Of a stretch of DNA of 64,000 bases, positions 62,823 to 64,000 are shown piece after piece. Made by a program: the position numbers and the translations under genes. The first letter of the stretch is position 1, and each line of letters starts with the position of its first letter. The DNA is from Convolutriloba macropyga (lineage: Eukaryota): assembly GCF_964194025.1 (NCBI RefSeq), contig NC_134473.1, forward strand, positions 53,568,001 through 53,632,000, in the 5' to 3' direction. The notes under the pieces are model-generated. The model saw nothing but the letters and a program-made list of their open reading frames with translations, was not told the DNA's origin and did not search any database.

Positions 62823-64000
62823 GTGCGTTCCGTTCACCTATCAAGTTCCGACCCCGCTCATCCACATTTTGGCATAAAAGTCTGCCCAATAAGAACAGAT
62901 AGAAAACAAAAAAAATTCAAATAATTTTCAAAAAAATGTATGTTAACAAAGATCGCCTCAAACGCAAATAACTCAGTGCAGCAAAAATGTCGCATTACAT
63001 TGATGAGATCAGCCATTATTAAGAAAGCAAGTCAAGACGAGCAACAAAACCAAACAACAATAACAACAAACATTAATTACATCCAAAACTTTATATCCAT
63101 TAAAAAAACTCACAGAAGCTCAAAATAGCGTCGGATAAAACTAAAACTAAACAAAATAAGTTGTTCTTCACTAGAAAAGGTTTGGGAACACTTTATAACG
63201 GGCTTGTTAACGATTAGACAAAAAAGAACAAAAAAACCAGCAAAGACAAAAAACTTGCTTATATTTCTAAAAACAATTAATTTCAATGCAAAGAAAACCA
63301 TTAGACGTTAATTGAAAATATCCAATACGTTTATGATCACACGCTTCTCTAGCAGGGCCTTAAGACCTGTCATCAAAATTTTTTTCGGTTACAAAAAGAC
63401 AACAAACAGAGACAACAAAAAATTCATTTGAGATTTGCAAGAAAACGCTGTCGAAGCCTTAAAGCCATATTTTGGGCCTCAAAATATGTTGAATATATCT
63501 TTCCACGAACATCAAAATGTGGTATAGCGGGGAATCATAGGTGAGAATACGTAACAAGTAGACCAAAAAAGGAAAAGGGCAAAATTAATTAACACTTTTT
63601 TTCGAAAACAATTACTTTCAAATTAATGAAATCCATTAGCTACAAAATGGAATTGAAAAAATTCCTCTATGTGTCTAAGGGAAGCGCTTAGGACTTGCAT
63701 TTTTTCAGAATATGTCTTAAGTCTACAAAAAAAACGTTAAGTATAGACAAAAATCAAAAATTAGTTTACTTTTTGTGCAAAAAACCCCCCTGTAGAAGCC
63801 AGTAAATTCATAACGAAGTCTTTAAAAAGATTAGAATTTGTTACTTGCACCTATCTTTAACATATAAGACCTGTAATTAACCAGACAGACTAGGTAACAA
63901 ATAGACAAAAACGAACAAAAAGACAGCAAAGATAAGAAAAATTGGCTTATATATTTTAAAAACAATTAATTCAAAAGAAAAATATTAGACGGCAACTGAA

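Noticed and set aside
62519-62902. ORFs spanning 62519-62902
   Set aside because: Artefacts of translation through the N gap.

Overview
AT-rich eukaryotic (invertebrate animal-like) genomic DNA dominated by transposon-derived sequence; no prokaryotic features. One host gene can be reconstructed in full. It is a minus-strand, six-coding-exon TAF12 (TFIID/SAGA histone-fold subunit) at 18423-36678, with all GT-AG junctions in phase (948 nt, 315 aa). Its ~10.3-kb first coding intron holds nested non-LTR retrotransposons. These include a near full-length CR1/L2-group LINE with three ORFs: a stand-alone SGNH-esterase-like ORF0, a PHD-finger ORF1, and an APE-RT ORF2 that apparently joins ORF1 through a UGA-CUAG readthrough-type junction. 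The window also contains at least six other LINE copies or fragments, Gypsy and BEL/Pao LTR remnants, several MITEs (one with a perfect 8-bp TSD), a tRNA-derived sequence inside an inverted-repeat element, and two long-period tandem repeat families. Other features are a decayed coiled-coil + J-domain (HPDKGG) gene, an array of conserved RNA-like hairpins, a probable terminal exon of a second gene near 62 kb and an assembly gap. All calls come from reading the sequence by eye; no searches were run.
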